A DNA stretch of 64,000 nucleotides from Anaeramoeba ignava BMAN (GCA_028826165.1 JAPDFW010000092.1:1054001-1118000); one strand, 5' to 3'; counted from the first letter of the stretch, positions 1 to 13,414 are shown. Numbers and translations are program-made. The notes: generated by a model from the sequence alone, not told the origin.

Positions 1-3000
1 ATATTTTGTTGAGATTTAATTGAATCTGAATATCCATTAATATTTGAATTTGCTTGAAACCCATCATTATAATTACGGTTAAAAGAATTATAATTTGAAT
101 CAGAAGGATTAAATTCATAAAGACGGAAATGTGAATTATTTTGCCAAGAATTTTGAGAATTTTGAGAATTTTTTGAATAAAAACCAGAATTTTCTTGATT
201 AATAGAAGGATGTGAAGAAACTCGATAAAGTGAAGACATATATTGATAATCTGAATCAAATCCATCATGGTGTTGATGAAGAGATAAAGAAGGAAAAGAA
301 GAAATTCTCTGACCTGAGCTAAATTGAGGTTCGTATTGATTTATTCTATGAAGATGTTCTGATTGTTGAATTTTTTGTGATTCTTGATTTTGTAATTGAT
401 TTTGCATTGGATTTTGTAATTGATTTTGCATTGAATTTTGTAATTGATTTTGCATTGGTTGATTCGGTGATTGTTGTTGCTTGCTTTTTTGTTGTTTTAT
501 CTTTGGCTTATTTCTTGTTTGTTTTGTTTCTTTATGTAGTAAAGTGGTATTCCCACTTACTTTATTCTCGTTTGTTGATTCCTCTTTTAATAAAGTTGAA
601 AAAGCATCTTCAGAAGGAAGAAAATATTCAAAATAAAAATCTTGAAATTTATTTGAATCAATCAACTTTTTATCATTAAAATCTGCCAAATATTGTTTCC
701 AAAGTGATAAATTAAAACTCTTTGTTTTTTGTGAATAAGATCCTATAGTGCTAATAAGTGAATCACAAAAATTCAATAATTTATTTTTGTATTGCTTTGG
801 AATCAATGGTCTTGAATTAATGGGAATGAATTTTGAATTGATTAACTTTCCGCGTTCATTTCTCATATCTAATTTATCTTGTTGCTCTTCAGGAATTAAC
901 TGAATTTGTTGCTTTCCAATAACTAATAATTCATATAAATGAATTGCATATTTATCAAGTAAATCATTTTGTTCTTGATTAAATTCATCGCTTTTGGAAA
1001 TTACAGTTGCAAATTTTTGGATTCTTTCTGAAATTCTTCTTAATTGTGTATGATGATAAAGTAGATTTAGTAAACATTCATTTGTTAATTCCTTTAGAAT
1101 GAGAAAATAATAAAAGAATATTTTTTTTAAATATTTTTTAAATATTTTATTATTTTAAATTGTTTTATTTACAATTTCATTAATATCTTCATTTTCAGGA
1201 ACTGTTGGAAATCCAAATTCATCATCAACAATTGCTTTACTTGAATTCCAATCATTCCATATTGACTCGATAATTTCATCCACTTTCATTTCAACAAGTT
1301 TCCCTTTTTTCTTTGCATGACATGATTGATTCTTCATATTTTTGTTTCCAATCACAATTAAAAAATCAAAAGAAGTTGAAGTAATAATTTGAGCAAGATT
1401 TTCAGGTCGAATATCTAATTTTAAGAGAAATATTATTTTTTTTTGAAGATGAATAAAAAAATCTCAATTATAATAATAATAATAATTATTATAAAAACAA
1501 ATTACATCCTGAAAAATCAAGTTCTATATGAAGATAAATATCAATTCCATTTTTCACAAACATTTCTTGAATATCAAGTGCATATTTTCGTACTTTGGGA
1601 TCATTTGCATATAAAACAATAATATGTAAAGTTGGATTTCTATTGTATCTATGAATATGTTCTGTCATTGAATTAACTGTTGTTAAAATAAATTGTTCTT
1701 TTATTTTTGATTCTTTTTTTTCTAATTCTAATTTGGGTTGCATAGTTTCAAATGATAAAAGTTGATTTTCAATTAATTTTGTTGGATTTTCTTGAATTGT
1801 TTGATTTAGATTTGGTTCGCTATTTATTTTTTTTATTGGATTTTGGTTTAAATTTTGATTAAAATTTAGATTCTGATTTGGATTTAAATGTAAATTTAAA
1901 TTTTGTATTTTGATTTGATTTAAATTGGGATTTTGATTTTGATTTTGAATTTGATTTTGAATTTTGATTTTGATTTTGATTTTGATTTAAATTTGGATTT
2001 TGGTTTTGAATTTGAATTTGATTTTGATTTTGATTTTGAATTTGATTTTGAATTTGATTTTGAATTTGATTTTGAATTTGATTTTGAATTTGATTTTGAA
2101 TTTGATTTTGAATTTGATTTTGAATTTGATTTTGATTTTGGTTTTGATTTTGAATTTGATTTTGATTTTGATTTTGATTTTGATTTTGATTTTGATTTTG
2201 ATTTTGATTTTGATTTTGATTTTGATTTGAATTTTGAATTTGATTTTGATTTTGATTTTGATTTTGAATTTGATTTTGATTTTGATTTTGATTTTGATTT
2301 TGATTTTGATTTTGAATTTGATTTTGATTTTGAATTTGGTTTTGATTTTGATTTTGATTTTGATTTTGATTTTGATTTTGAATTTGATTTTGATTTTGAA
2401 TTTGATTTTGATTTTGATTTTGGAGAAATGGTTCCATTTTTAAATTAGTATCATTATTTAACAATAATTCATCATTAGGAAGTGGATCATCTTGTTTTCT
2501 AGAAAGTGCTGTTAAAGAAGGTGTAGAAAATGAATGAGATTGTGAGGAATTATGAATATAAAAAGATTTATCTTTTGAAGAAAGTGAATTTCTTCTTTGA
2601 AAAGAATAAGAAAGAGCATCAGATTCTTCAAAAGAATGATATTCCTGATCAACATTTTGAGATTTTTGTAATGGAGATTTTGTTCGTGATATTGAATCCT
2701 TTATATTTGTATTTTGATTTTGATTTGTATTTTGATTTGTATTTTGATTTGGGATTTATTAATTCAAAAGTTCCATCTGAAGTAAATCTAACAGGTGGAC
2801 CAGTATATTCTTCTCTTCTAGGATCTTCAGATAACTAAAATTTTAATTTTAATTTTAATTTTAATTTTAATTTTGAATTTAATTTTAATTTTAATTTTAA
2901 TTTTAATTTTTAATTTTAATTTTGATTTTAATTTTAATTTTAATTTTAATTTTAATTTTAATTTTAATTTTAATTTTAATTTTAATTTTAATTTTAATTT

Positions 3001-4142
3001 TAAATTTTAATTTTAATTTTAATTTTAATTTTAATTTTTAATTTTAATTTTAATTTTAATTTTAATTTTAATTTTGATTTTAATTTTAATTTTAATTTTA
3101 ATTTTAATTTTAATTTTAATTTGAATTTTAATTTTAATTTTAATTTGAATTTTAAATTTAATTTTAATTTTAATTTTAATTTAATTTTTAATTTTAATTT
3201 TAATTCCAATTTTAAATTTAAATTTTAATTTTGATTTTAAATTTAATTTTAATTTTATAAATGAATTTTTACTTTCGAACCGTGAAGAAATCTACACTGT
3301 AAACCCATTTTACAGGTTCCCTTTTGCCAATACTTACAAGGAACAGTATAAAGACGAGGATCTTTTGGATCAAAAACAATACTTTTTGAACCAATATACA
3401 TTATAGCACTTTCTTTCTCACCATCTTTACCAGAACGAGAAGGAATCACAAAACATTTCATATTTTTTGCTTTTTGCTTTTTTTTCTTTGATTTTGATTT
3501 TGATTTTGATTTCGGTTTTGTTTTTCCGGCACTTTGAGTTTGTTTTGGAAAACCGTTATTTGATTTTTTTGTGTCAAGATCTTGATGAATTGAATCATGA
3601 TTAAAATTATGATTAAAATTCTCATAATTTTGAGAATTTAAAGACAAAGAAGTCAAATTTTCATTTGGATCATTTGGGTCATTTGAGTCAGTTAAATCGT
3701 TAAGAAAGTGAAGCATCTCTCCATTAAATCCATCCATATCATCCTGGTCTTCCTGATTATGGCTCTGCAACTGATTATAATTCATCACAAATTGTTGGTA
3801 ATGATCAATATTTTGGGCATTAGTTGCGCGTTGGATGTCATCGTAGCTCTTGTTCTTTATTGGCTGATTATGTCCAGAGAAAGTAAACTTGTATTTGTTC
3901 GTTTCTTGTGGAAAACTTATATACTTAGACTCCCCTGTTTCTTGTTGTTTTCGTCCAGATTCAAATAAGTTTTTTTGTCCAAATATTTCTCCCATTCCTC
4001 CTTTTTTTTGAGGTTCTTTTTGTTGCGTTAATTCTTGGAAATTATGTAGAAAGTTTCCCTCTTGATGATCGTATTTGCTTAAGTTGAATAAAAATCCTTG
4101 TTTCGTTGGATATTCTGTATTCGTTTTTGGATTTTGTGTCAT
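1..4142 (-). CDS. Multi-exon protein: CCCH zinc finger, long NQ tract, and an alpha/beta domain resembling the class II aaRS anticodon-binding/NCOA5-like fold; 3' end lies outside the window
   Basis: Exon 1 (4142-~3272) ends in CKYWQKGTCKMGLQCRFLH (C-x7-C-x5-C-x3-H). An (AAAATT)n intron follows, and exon 2 resumes at 2834 (ag|TTA TCT GAA GAT CCT). There is an apparent frameshift in the NQ repeat near 1950. Short introns at ~1415-1505 and ~1092-1172 join LHIIVLYANDPKVRKYALDIQEMFVKNGIDIY...IRPENLAQ...FDFLIVIGNKNMKNQSC, and the frame stays open to position 1. Confidence 0.6.
1935..2420 (-). repeat. Coding hexamer microsatellite (AATCAA)n with ATT variants, encoding NQ/IQ repeats
   Basis: Directly visible (gatttt/gaattt)n on the + strand. 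Confidence 0.9.
2835..3256. repeat. Intronic (TTTTAA)n microsatellite
   Basis: Nearly pure hexamer array between a GT donor at ~3271 and an AG acceptor at 2835-2836 on the minus strand. Confidence 0.9.
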
Positions 4143-4261
4143 TTTGTTTTTTTCGAATAAGAAAAAAAAAATTGAAAAGAAAAAAATGAAAAATTTAAAA
4201 AATTTTTTTTCATTTTTTTTCCTTTTTAAAAAAATTAAAATTAAAAATTAAAAAAAGAAAA

Positions 4262-6028
4262 ATGAATGAAATTATATTTTTTGGAAGAAATGAAAAACCA
4301 GAACTTATTAAAAATGAACAATATCAAATAAAAAAACCAATTCAATTTAAATTTGAAAATGAAAATGAAAATGAAAATGAAAAACAAATTAAACAAATTT
4401 CAACAGGAGATTTTTCAACAATTTTCCTTTTTAAAAATGGAAAAGCAATAGAATATTTAAAATATTCAAAACAAAATCCTGAAAAATCCAAATTGAAGAA
4501 AATATTCAAAAAGTAACTGTTGGTTTTCAAAATGAAGCTATTTTAACAATAGAAGGAAATGTATTTGCTCAAGGAAAAGATATTAATCCAAAAAATCCAA
4601 AAGAATTTATCAATATTTCATCATTAATTGAAGATATAAATGATAGAATAATTCAAGATATTGTTTCTGATTGGAATTCAATTTATTTATTAACTTCAAA
4701 TCAAAATGCTTATGGAATTGGTTCAAATGAATATGGTCAACTTGGTTTTGATTATAAAACACTTAAAGAAACAAAAACCAATTTTAATAATGAAAAATGT
4801 TTCTAAAATATTTTCAGGAAATACTTCAAGATCTGTTTTTCTTTTAAATTCAAATCAAGAATTATTTGGATGCGGATGGAATTATTATGGTCAACTTGGA
4901 TTAGGAGAATCAAGAAAAGAAAGAAAAATCCAAAAATTAACCCAAATACAAAATATTCCAAAAGGCAAAATAATTGATATTCAATCTGGATATTTTCATT
5001 CAATAATGTTGATTGAAAATGAAAATGAAAATGAAAATCCAAAAAGAATACTTTATTCATGTGGATATTATCAATATAATGGACTTGGTCAAGATATTTA
5101 TGAATTTACTGAAATCAAATCATCTTTATTTGAAAATGATTATGATAATATTCTTGATTTTTCTGTTGGAAATGCTCATACCTTGATTTTAACTTCTAAT
5201 TCAAAATTAATAGGATTTGGACTTAATTATTGTGGTCAATTAGGAACTGGAGATACAAGATATCAATTAATTCCAATACAAATTGAACTTCCTAAATTAA
5301 GATTTAATGAAGATATTTCTAATTATCATGTTTATTGTGGATTTAATAGATCATTTCTTTATTATTCTTCTCTTCCTTTTTCCAATCTTGAAGAAGATTT
5401 GATAAAATTATTTGAAAGAAAAGAATTTTGTGATATTTCATTTAAAACCAAAAATGGAGAAATAACCAAAGCTCATAAATTAATATTGAAATATAGATTA
5501 AAAAATCAAAATGAAATTGAAAAACTTAAAGAAATTATTTCAAATAAATCAATTAAAGAATCAAATCAAATATTTGAAATGATTTATTCAAACAGAATAA
5601 TAAATCCAAAATTATATTCTGAAATTAAAGAAATTATAAATTCAAATGAAAAAATTGAAGAAACAATGAAAAGAATTTATTTAAATGAAAATGAAAATGA
5701 AAATGAAAAAGATTTTATTATTGAAAGAAAAGAAAAGAAATATAAATTTCCTAAATTAATATTAATAATGAGAAGTGAATTATATCGAGGAATGTTTTTA
5801 TCTGTAACAGAAGATAAATCAAATAAAGTTAGAGATTATAGTGAATTAAGTAATAAATCATTTCAAATATTTGAATATTGGATTTATTCAAATCAAATTA
5901 AAAATGAAATTGAAATTACACAAGAAATCATTGATGAAATTCAAATTGGAATTGATTATTTTCAATTAAATGAAACAAATCCAAATTTAATTGATTTATT
6001 AATTAACAAATTTAATAATCAAAATTAA
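4262..6028 (+). pseudogene. RCC1-repeat + BTB protein, tandem copy 1, frameshifted (pseudogene or consensus error)
   Basis: Highly similar to 6339-8126 along its length. A 1-nt loss in an A run (~4485) and a 2-nt loss (~4772) split it into ORFs 4262-4516 and 4706-6028. Confidence 0.8.
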
Positions 6029-6338
6029 AATTAAAATTAAAATTAAAATTAAAATTAAAATTAAAATTAAAATTAAAATCAAAATTAAAATTAAAATCAA
6101 AATTCAAAATTAAAATTAAAATTAAAATTAAAATTAAAATTAAAATTAAAATTAAAATTAAAATCAAAATTAAAATTAAAATTAAAATTGAAATTAAAAT
6201 TAAAATCAAAATTAAAATTAAAATAATTAAAATTAAAATTAAAATTAAAATTAAAATTAAAATTAAAATTAAAATTAAAATCAAAATTAAAAATTCAAAT
6301 TTCAAAAATTATTTTTTTCATTTTTTTTCTTTTTAAAA

Positions 6339-8126
6339 ATGAATGAAATTATATTTTTTGGAAGAAATCAAAAACCAAAACTTATCAAAAATAAACAAGA
6401 TAAAATAACAAAACCAATTCAATTTAAATTTGAAAATGAAAATGAAAATGAAAATGAAAATGAAAACGAAAATGAAAATGAAAAACAAATTAAACAAATT
6501 TCAACAGGAGATTTTTCAACAATTTTCCTTTTTAAAAATGGAAAAGTAATAGAATATTTAAAATATTCAAAACAAAATTCTGAAAAAATCCAAATTGAAG
6601 AAAATATTCAAAAAGTAACTGTTGGTTTTCAAAATGAAGTTATTTTAACAATAGAAGGAAATGTATTTGCTCAAGGAAAAGATATTAATCTAAAAAATTC
6701 AAAAGAATTTATCAATATTTCATCATTAATTGAAGATGTAAATGATAGAATAATTCAAGATATTGTTTCTGGATACAGTTCACTTTACTTATTAACTTCA
6801 AATCAAAATGCTTATGGAATTGGTTCAAATGAATATGGTCAACTTGGTTTAGATTCTGAAATACTTAAAGAAACAGAAAAACCAATTTTAATGATGAAAA
6901 ATGTTTCTAAAATATTTTCAGGAAATACTTCAAATCATGTTTTTCTTTTAAATTCAAATCAAGAATTATTTGTATGCGGTTGGAATTATTGGGGTCAACT
7001 TGGATTAGGAGAATCAAGAAAAGAAAGAAAAATCCAAAAATTAACCCAAATACAAAATATTCCAAAAGGCAAAATAATTGATATTCAATGTGGATATTTT
7101 CATTCAATAATGTTGATTGAAAATGAAAATGAAAATCCAAAAAGAATACTTTATTCATGTGGATATTATAAATATAATGGATTTGATCAAGATATTTATG
7201 AATTTACTGAAATCAAATCATCTTTATTTGAAAATGATAATATTCTTGATATTTCTGTTGGAAATGCTCATACCTTGATCTTAACTTCTAATTCGAAATT
7301 AATAGTATTTGGGCTTAATTATTGTGGTCAATTAGGAACTGGAGATACAAAATATCAATCAATTCCAATACAAATTGAACTTCCTAAATTAAGATTTAAT
7401 GAAGATATTTTCAATTATCATGTTTATTGTGGATTTAATAGATCATTTCTTTATTATTCTCCTTCTTTTTTTTCCAATCTTGAAGAAGATTTGATAAAAT
7501 TATTTGAAAGAAAAGAATTTTGTGATATTTCATTTAAAACAGAAAATGGAGAAATAACCAAAGCTCATAAATTAATATTGAAATATAGATTAAAAAATCA
7601 AAATCAAATTGAAAAACTTCAAGAAATTATTTCAAAAAAATCAATTAAAGAATCAAATCAAATATTTGAAATGATTTATTCAAACAGAATAATAAATCCA
7701 AAATTATATTCTGAAATTAAAGAAATTATAAATTCAAATGAAAAAATTGAAGAAACAATGAAAAGAATTTATTTAAATGAAAATGAAAATGAAAATGAAA
7801 AAGATTTTATTATTGAAAGAAAAGAAAAGAAATATAAATTTCCTAAATTAATATTAATAATGAGAAGTGAATTATATCGAGGAATGTTTTTATCTGTTAC
7901 AAATGATACTTCTAATAAAGTTACAGATTATAGTGAATTAAGTAATAAATCATTTCAAATATTTGAATATTGGATTTATTCAAATCAAATTAAAGAAGGA
8001 ATTCAAATTACACAAGAAATAATTAATGAAATTCAAATTGGAATTGATTATTTTCAATTAAATGAAACAAATCCAAATTTATTTGATTTATTAATTAACA
8101 AATTTAATAATCAAAATCAAAATTAA
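6339..8126 (+). CDS. RCC1-repeat beta-propeller + BTB/POZ domain protein, copy 2 (595 aa, intronless)
   Basis: RCC1 motifs GSNEYGQLG, GWNYWGQLGLG, GLNYCGQLGTG and SVGNAHTLIL. BTB-like motifs FCDISF...KAHKLIL and KDFII...FPKLILIMRSELYRGMF. Confidence 0.9.
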   Translation: MNEIIFFGRNQKPKLIKNKQDKITKPIQFKFENENENENENENENENEKQIKQISTGDFSTIFLFKNGKVIEYLKYSKQNSEKIQIEENIQKVTVGFQNEVILTIEGNVFAQGKDINLKNSKEFINISSLIEDVNDRIIQDIVSGYSSLYLLTSNQNAYGIGSNEYGQLGLDSEILKETEKPILMMKNVSKIFSGNTSNHVFLLNSNQELFVCGWNYWGQLGLGESRKERKIQKLTQIQNIPKGKIIDIQCGYFHSIMLIENENENPKRILYSCGYYKYNGFDQDIYEFTEIKSSLFENDNILDISVGNAHTLILTSNSKLIVFGLNYCGQLGTGDTKYQSIPIQIELPKLRFNEDIFNYHVYCGFNRSFLYYSPSFFSNLEEDLIKLFERKEFCDISFKTENGEITKAHKLILKYRLKNQNQIEKLQEIISKKSIKESNQIFEMIYSNRIINPKLYSEIKEIINSNEKIEETMKRIYLNENENENEKDFIIERKEKKYKFPKLILIMRSELYRGMFLSVTNDTSNKVTDYSELSNKSFQIFEYWIYSNQIKEGIQITQEIINEIQIGIDYFQLNETNPNLFDLLINKFNNQNQN

Positions 8127-8269
8127 AATTAAAATTAAAATTAAAATTAAAATCAAAATTAAAATTAAAATCAAAATCAAAATTAAAATTAAAATTAAAA
8201 TTAAAATTAAAAATAAAATTAAAAATTCAAATTTCAAAAATCATTTTTTCATTTTTTTTCTTTTTAAAA

Positions 8270-10060
8270 ATGAATGAAATTTTATTTTTTGGAAGAAACA
8301 AAAATCCAAAACTTATCAAAAATAAACCAAATAAAATAACAAAACCAATTCAATTTAAATTTGAAAACGAAAATGAAAATGAAAAACAAATTAAACAAAT
8401 TTCATCAAGTGATTTTTCAACAATTTTCCTTTTTAAAAATGGAAAAGCAATAGAATATTTAAATAATGAATATTCAAATCAAAATCCTGAAAAAATCCAA
8501 ATTGAAGAAAATATTCAAAAAGTAACTGTTGGTTATCATAATGAAGCTATTTTAACAAAAGAAGGAAATGTATTTGCCAAAGGAATATATATTAATCTAA
8601 AAAATCCAAAACAATTTATCAATATTTCATCATTAATTGAAGATACAAATGATAGAATAATTCAAGATATTGTTTCTGGATACAGTTCAATTTACTTATT
8701 AACTTCAAATCAAAATGCTTATGGAATTGGCTCAAATAAATTTGGTCAACTTGGTTTTGATTATAAAACACTTAAAGAAACAGAAAAACCAATTTTAATA
8801 ATGAAAAATGTTTCTAAAATATTCTCAGGAAATACTTCAAATCATGTTTTTCTTTTAAATTCAAATCAAGAATTATTTGGATGCGGATATAATTATTGGG
8901 GTCAACTTGGATTAGGAGAATCAATGAAAGAAAGAAAAATCCAAAAATTAACCAAAATACAAAATATTCCAAAAGGCAAAATAATTGATATTCAATCTGG
9001 ATATTTTCATTCAATAATGTTGATTGGAAATGAAAATGAAAATCCAAAAAGAAAAATTTATTCATGTGGATATTTGGAATATAATGGATTTGGCAAATAT
9101 GAAGATATTTATGAATTTACTGAAATCAAATCATCTTTATTTGAAAATGATTATGATAATATTCTTGATATTTCTGTTGGATATAACTATACCTTGATTT
9201 TAAAAAGAAAAGGGAAACTAATAATATTTGGAAATAATTATTATGGTCAATTAGGAACTGGAAAAACAGAAAATCAATTAATTCCAATTCAAATTCAACT
9301 TCCTAAATTAAGATTTAATGAAGAAATTTCTAATTATCATGTTTATTGTGGATTTTACAAATCATTTCTTTATTATTCTCCTTCTTCTTTTTCCAATCTT
9401 GAAGAAGATTTGATAAAATTATTTGAAAGAAAAGAATTTTGTGATATTTCATTTAAAACAGAAAATGGAGAAATAATTGAAGCTCATAAATTAATATTGA
9501 AATACAGATTAAAAAATCAAAATCAAATTGAAAAACTTAAAGAAATTATTTCAAAAAAATCAATTAAAGAATCAAATCAAATATTTGAAATGATTTATTC
9601 AAATAATTCCAAAATAAATCCAAAATTATATTCAGAAATTAAAGAAATTATAAATTCAAATGAAAAAATTGAAGAAACAATGAAAAGAATTTATTTAAAT
9701 GAAAATGAAAAAGATTTTATAATTGAAAGAAAAGAAAAACAATATAAATTCCCTAAATTAATATTAATAATGAGAAGTGAATTATATCGAGGAATGTTTT
9801 TATCTGTTACAAATGATACTTCTAATAAAGTTAGAGATTATAGTGAATTAAGTAATAAATCATTTCAAATATTTGAATATTGGATTTATTCAAATCAAAT
9901 TAAAAATGAAATTGAAATTACACAAGAAATCATTGATGAAATAGAAAGAGGAATTGATTATTTTCAATTAAATCAAACAAATCCAAATTTATTTGATTTA
10001 TTAATTAACAAATTTAATAATCAAAATCAAACTTCTAAAAAAAATTGTTTCATTTTTTGA
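8270..10060 (+). CDS. RCC1-repeat + BTB protein, copy 3 (596 aa), ending in CaaX-like CFIF
   Basis: Paralogue of copy 2 with a unique C-terminal extension TSKKNCFIF. Confidence 0.9.
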   Translation: MNEILFFGRNKNPKLIKNKPNKITKPIQFKFENENENEKQIKQISSSDFSTIFLFKNGKAIEYLNNEYSNQNPEKIQIEENIQKVTVGYHNEAILTKEGNVFAKGIYINLKNPKQFINISSLIEDTNDRIIQDIVSGYSSIYLLTSNQNAYGIGSNKFGQLGFDYKTLKETEKPILIMKNVSKIFSGNTSNHVFLLNSNQELFGCGYNYWGQLGLGESMKERKIQKLTKIQNIPKGKIIDIQSGYFHSIMLIGNENENPKRKIYSCGYLEYNGFGKYEDIYEFTEIKSSLFENDYDNILDISVGYNYTLILKRKGKLIIFGNNYYGQLGTGKTENQLIPIQIQLPKLRFNEEISNYHVYCGFYKSFLYYSPSSFSNLEEDLIKLFERKEFCDISFKTENGEIIEAHKLILKYRLKNQNQIEKLKEIISKKSIKESNQIFEMIYSNNSKINPKLYSEIKEIINSNEKIEETMKRIYLNENEKDFIIERKEKQYKFPKLILIMRSELYRGMFLSVTNDTSNKVRDYSELSNKSFQIFEYWIYSNQIKNEIEITQEIIDEIERGIDYFQLNQTNPNLFDLLINKFNNQNQTSKKNCFIF

Positions 10061-10084
10061 CTAAAATTAAAATTAAAATTTAAT

Positions 10085-10880
10085 TTAATATTTAATTTAA
10101 TATTTAATTTTATTATTAAAATAATAATTTAATGTTTTAGATTTAAATATTTTATTATTTAAATATTTAACATATAAATATAAAAAATAAGAATAGATTT
10201 AATTTAATATTTAATTTATAAATTAATTTAAAAATATAATTTAATATTTAATTTTATTATTAAAATAATAATTTAATGTTTTAGATTTAAATATTTTTAT
10301 TATTTTAAATATTTAACATATAAATATAAAAATAAGAATAAGTTTAATTTAATATTTAATTTATAAATTAATTTAAAAATATAATTTAATACTTAATTTT
10401 ATTATTAAAATAATAATTTATTGTTTTAGATTTAAATATTTTATTATTTAAATATTTAACATAAAAATATAAAAATGGGAATAGATTTAATTTAATATTT
10501 AATTTATAAATTAATTTAAAAATATAATTTAATAATTTAATTTTATTATTGAAATAATAATTCAATGTTTTAGATTTAAATATTTTATTATTTAATTATT
10601 TAACATAAAAATATAAAAATAAGAATAAGTTTAATTTAATATTTAATTTATAAATTAATTTAAAAATATAGTTTAATACTTAATTCCATTATTGAAATAA
10701 TAATTTAATGTTTTAATTTTAAATATTTTATTATTTAAATATTTAACATATAAATATAAAAAATAAGAATAGATTTAATTTAATATTTAATTTATAAATT
10801 AATTTGAAAATATAATTTAATACTTAATTTTATGTTTAAAATAATAATTTATTGTTTTAGATTTAAATATTTTATTATTT
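10085..10880. repeat. AT-rich tandem satellite, ~144-bp unit, ~5.5 copies
   Basis: Anchor 'gttttagatttaaatatttt' recurs at ~10141, 10285, 10430, 10574, 10716 (variant) and 10861. Confidence 0.85.
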
Positions 10881-11290
10881 AAAAATATTTTGAAAATTGA
10901 TTTTTGAAATTAAAATTTTATCTTTTTTTTTTGAATTAAATTGAATTAATATTAATTTGGAAATTTGTTTTTAAAATTTAAATTTATTAATAATTTTTAA
11001 ATTCCAAAAAAAAAAAATTAAAAATTAAATTAAAATAATTTTCCTTTTTTTTTTAATAATAAAAATTAATAAAAAATAATAATAATTTATTAATAAATTA
11101 ATTTAAAATAATAAATTAAAAAGAAAATTAAATTAATTATTAATTTAAATTTATTCTTATTTTTTATATTTTTATTTATTTTCAAAATCCACTTTTTTTA
11201 TTTAAATTTTTTTATTTAAATTTTTTTTTTCATTTTTTTCCTTTTTTTTTAAAAAAAACACAAACACAAACAAAAAACACAAAAAACAAA

Positions 11291-12940
11291 ATGGATAATA
11301 ATGATAATAACCAAAATGAAAATGCAAATCAAAATGAAAATGAAAATGAAATGAAAAATTTAGAAAAAAAAGTAACAAAAAATTTAATTAAAGATTATTC
11401 AAACCTTTTAAATGGAAATTCATTTAAAGATTTTTCAATTTTTGTTGAGAATAAATCAAATCCTTTTGAAATTAAAGTTCATAAATCAATTTTTTATCTT
11501 CAAGATCTCCTTTTTAATGAGTCATTAAGGCAAAGAATCTCTTTCTATTTCTTTAAATCAATTTAATAAAAAGAAATGGAATCAATTTTTGAGTTATATT
11601 TATTATGGAAATATTTCTTTTGAGAATCAAGAAAATCTTATTCAATTATTAGAAATTTCAATTTATTTTTAAATTAAATTTATTGAAAGAAATTATTCAA
11701 AAAAAATTTTAAATTCAATTAATTATTCAAATTTTTCCAATTTTTATTCCAAAATCGAAATTTAAATTCAAATGAAATTGAAATAAAATGTTTTGAATTA
11801 ATAAATCAAAATTTTTCCCAAATTCAAAATAATGAAAATTTATTCAATTTAACTAAAGAAGAAATTATCAAATTTATTCAATTTAAACAAGAAAAAAAAG
11901 AAATTTTTCAATTTGATTTTTTTCAATTTTTAAATAATTGGATTGAAAAAAGAAATGAAAGATTAAAAGGAAAGAAAGAAAAAGAAAAAGAAAAAGAAAA
12001 GGGAATTGAAAAGAAAAGATTATTTCATTCTTTTTTTTCATTATTTGATAAAAATTCAATTTCAAAACAAGATTTTGATAAATTAAAACAATTTGATTTT
12101 TTTCCTAAATCTTTTTTAGTTGATATTCAAAACAAAGTTATTCAAGATAATCAAAAAGAAATTGAAAACAAAGAAAAGGAGATTGAAGAGAAATGGAAGA
12201 AAGAGAATCAAGATTTGAAAACAGAAATTGAAAAGAATCAAAAAGAAATTGAAGAGAAATGGAAGAAAGAAGTTGAGGATAAAAACAAAGAAATTGAAGA
12301 GAAATGGAAGAAAGAGGTTGAGAAAATGAAACCTGTTTTTGATCAATATCAAATGGAGATTGAATTAAAAAAGAATTTTCCTCAATTTTCAGATTCAGAA
12401 ATTGTTAAAGATATTGAATATGTTAAGAAATTACAAGAATGGATAAATGATAATGATTTTTTTTCTAAAATGAAAAAAGGATTTTCAGCAAAAAGAGATG
12501 GATTTTCTTGTCAAAATTGGCATAAAGCAGTTGATGGGAAAGGAAAAACATTAGTTATTATCAAAACAAAACATAATTTTATTTTTGGTGGTTTTACTCA
12601 AGTTGGATTTAAATATTCAAAAGGTGGAGAATTGAGTAATGATTCAAATGCATTTATTTTTTCATTAAGAAATGATAAAGGGGATAGAATACCTGCAAAG
12701 TTTACTTGTAAAGAACCTCAATATGCAATTTATTCTCGCTTTAACGATCGTGGTCCAATGTTTGGTAATTTTGAACCTGATTTTTATTTAAATTCTAGTT
12801 TACAACCTGGTTATTCAAATTTTGGTTCTAGTTATAATCCACCTAATGGAATTACTTATGGAACAACTGAAGCTCAAAGTTATTTAGCTGGTTCTAAGAA
12901 TAAATGGGTTGTTGATGAAGTTGAAACTTATTTCATTTAA
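11291..12940 (+). CDS. BTB + coiled-coil + TLDc domain protein; several frameshifts in the 5' two-thirds
   Basis: FKDFSIFVENKSNPFEIKVHKSI (BTB start), EEKWKKE repeats x3, and TLDc motifs FSAKRDGFS..WHKAVDGKGKTLVIIKT..FIFGGFT, AFIFSL, GPMFG, VDEVETY. Frame breaks in homopolymers between ~11490 and 12010. Confidence 0.8.
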
Positions 12941-13414
12941 AAATTAATTAATAATAAGAAAATCAAACTTTTTTTTTTTAATTTTTTTTTTCAAAATTTA
13001 ATTCAATTTTAATTTACTTTTAATCAAATTAATTTCTTTAAAATAATAAATAAGAAACAAATTTAATTTTAAATAATTTAATTTTAATTTAAAATATTTA
13101 TTAAAAATTTAATTAATAAAAAATAATCCAAAAAAAAAAATAATAAATTTTAAAAATTGAATATTTTTAATATAATAAATAAAAATAAAAATTGAAAATA
13201 GAAATTAATAATAATTAAATTTAAATTCATTAATTAAAATATTAAAATAAAAAAAATCAAATAAAATTTATTATTTATTAATATTTAGATATTAATAAAT
13301 TATAATCAAAATCAAAAATAGAATAATTAGTAAATTATTTTTTTTAGAAAGTTTATCTTATTCAATCATGTTAAATTCAATTTATTTAAAATTTTTTAAT
13401 TTTTTTAATTTTAT

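Noticed and set aside
1933-3209. ORFs of poly-(IL), (FD), (LK), (IK), (YI), (MK) here and throughout the window
   Set aside because: Alternate-frame or antisense translations of hexamer and 12-mer repeats, with no domain content
6020-6060. TAA reassigned to Gln (NQNQ continuing as AAT TAA)
   Set aside because: Conserved proteins (actin, GDA, SMC1, NBP35) end at TAA in the expected place, and no in-frame TAA/TAG interrupts conserved domains
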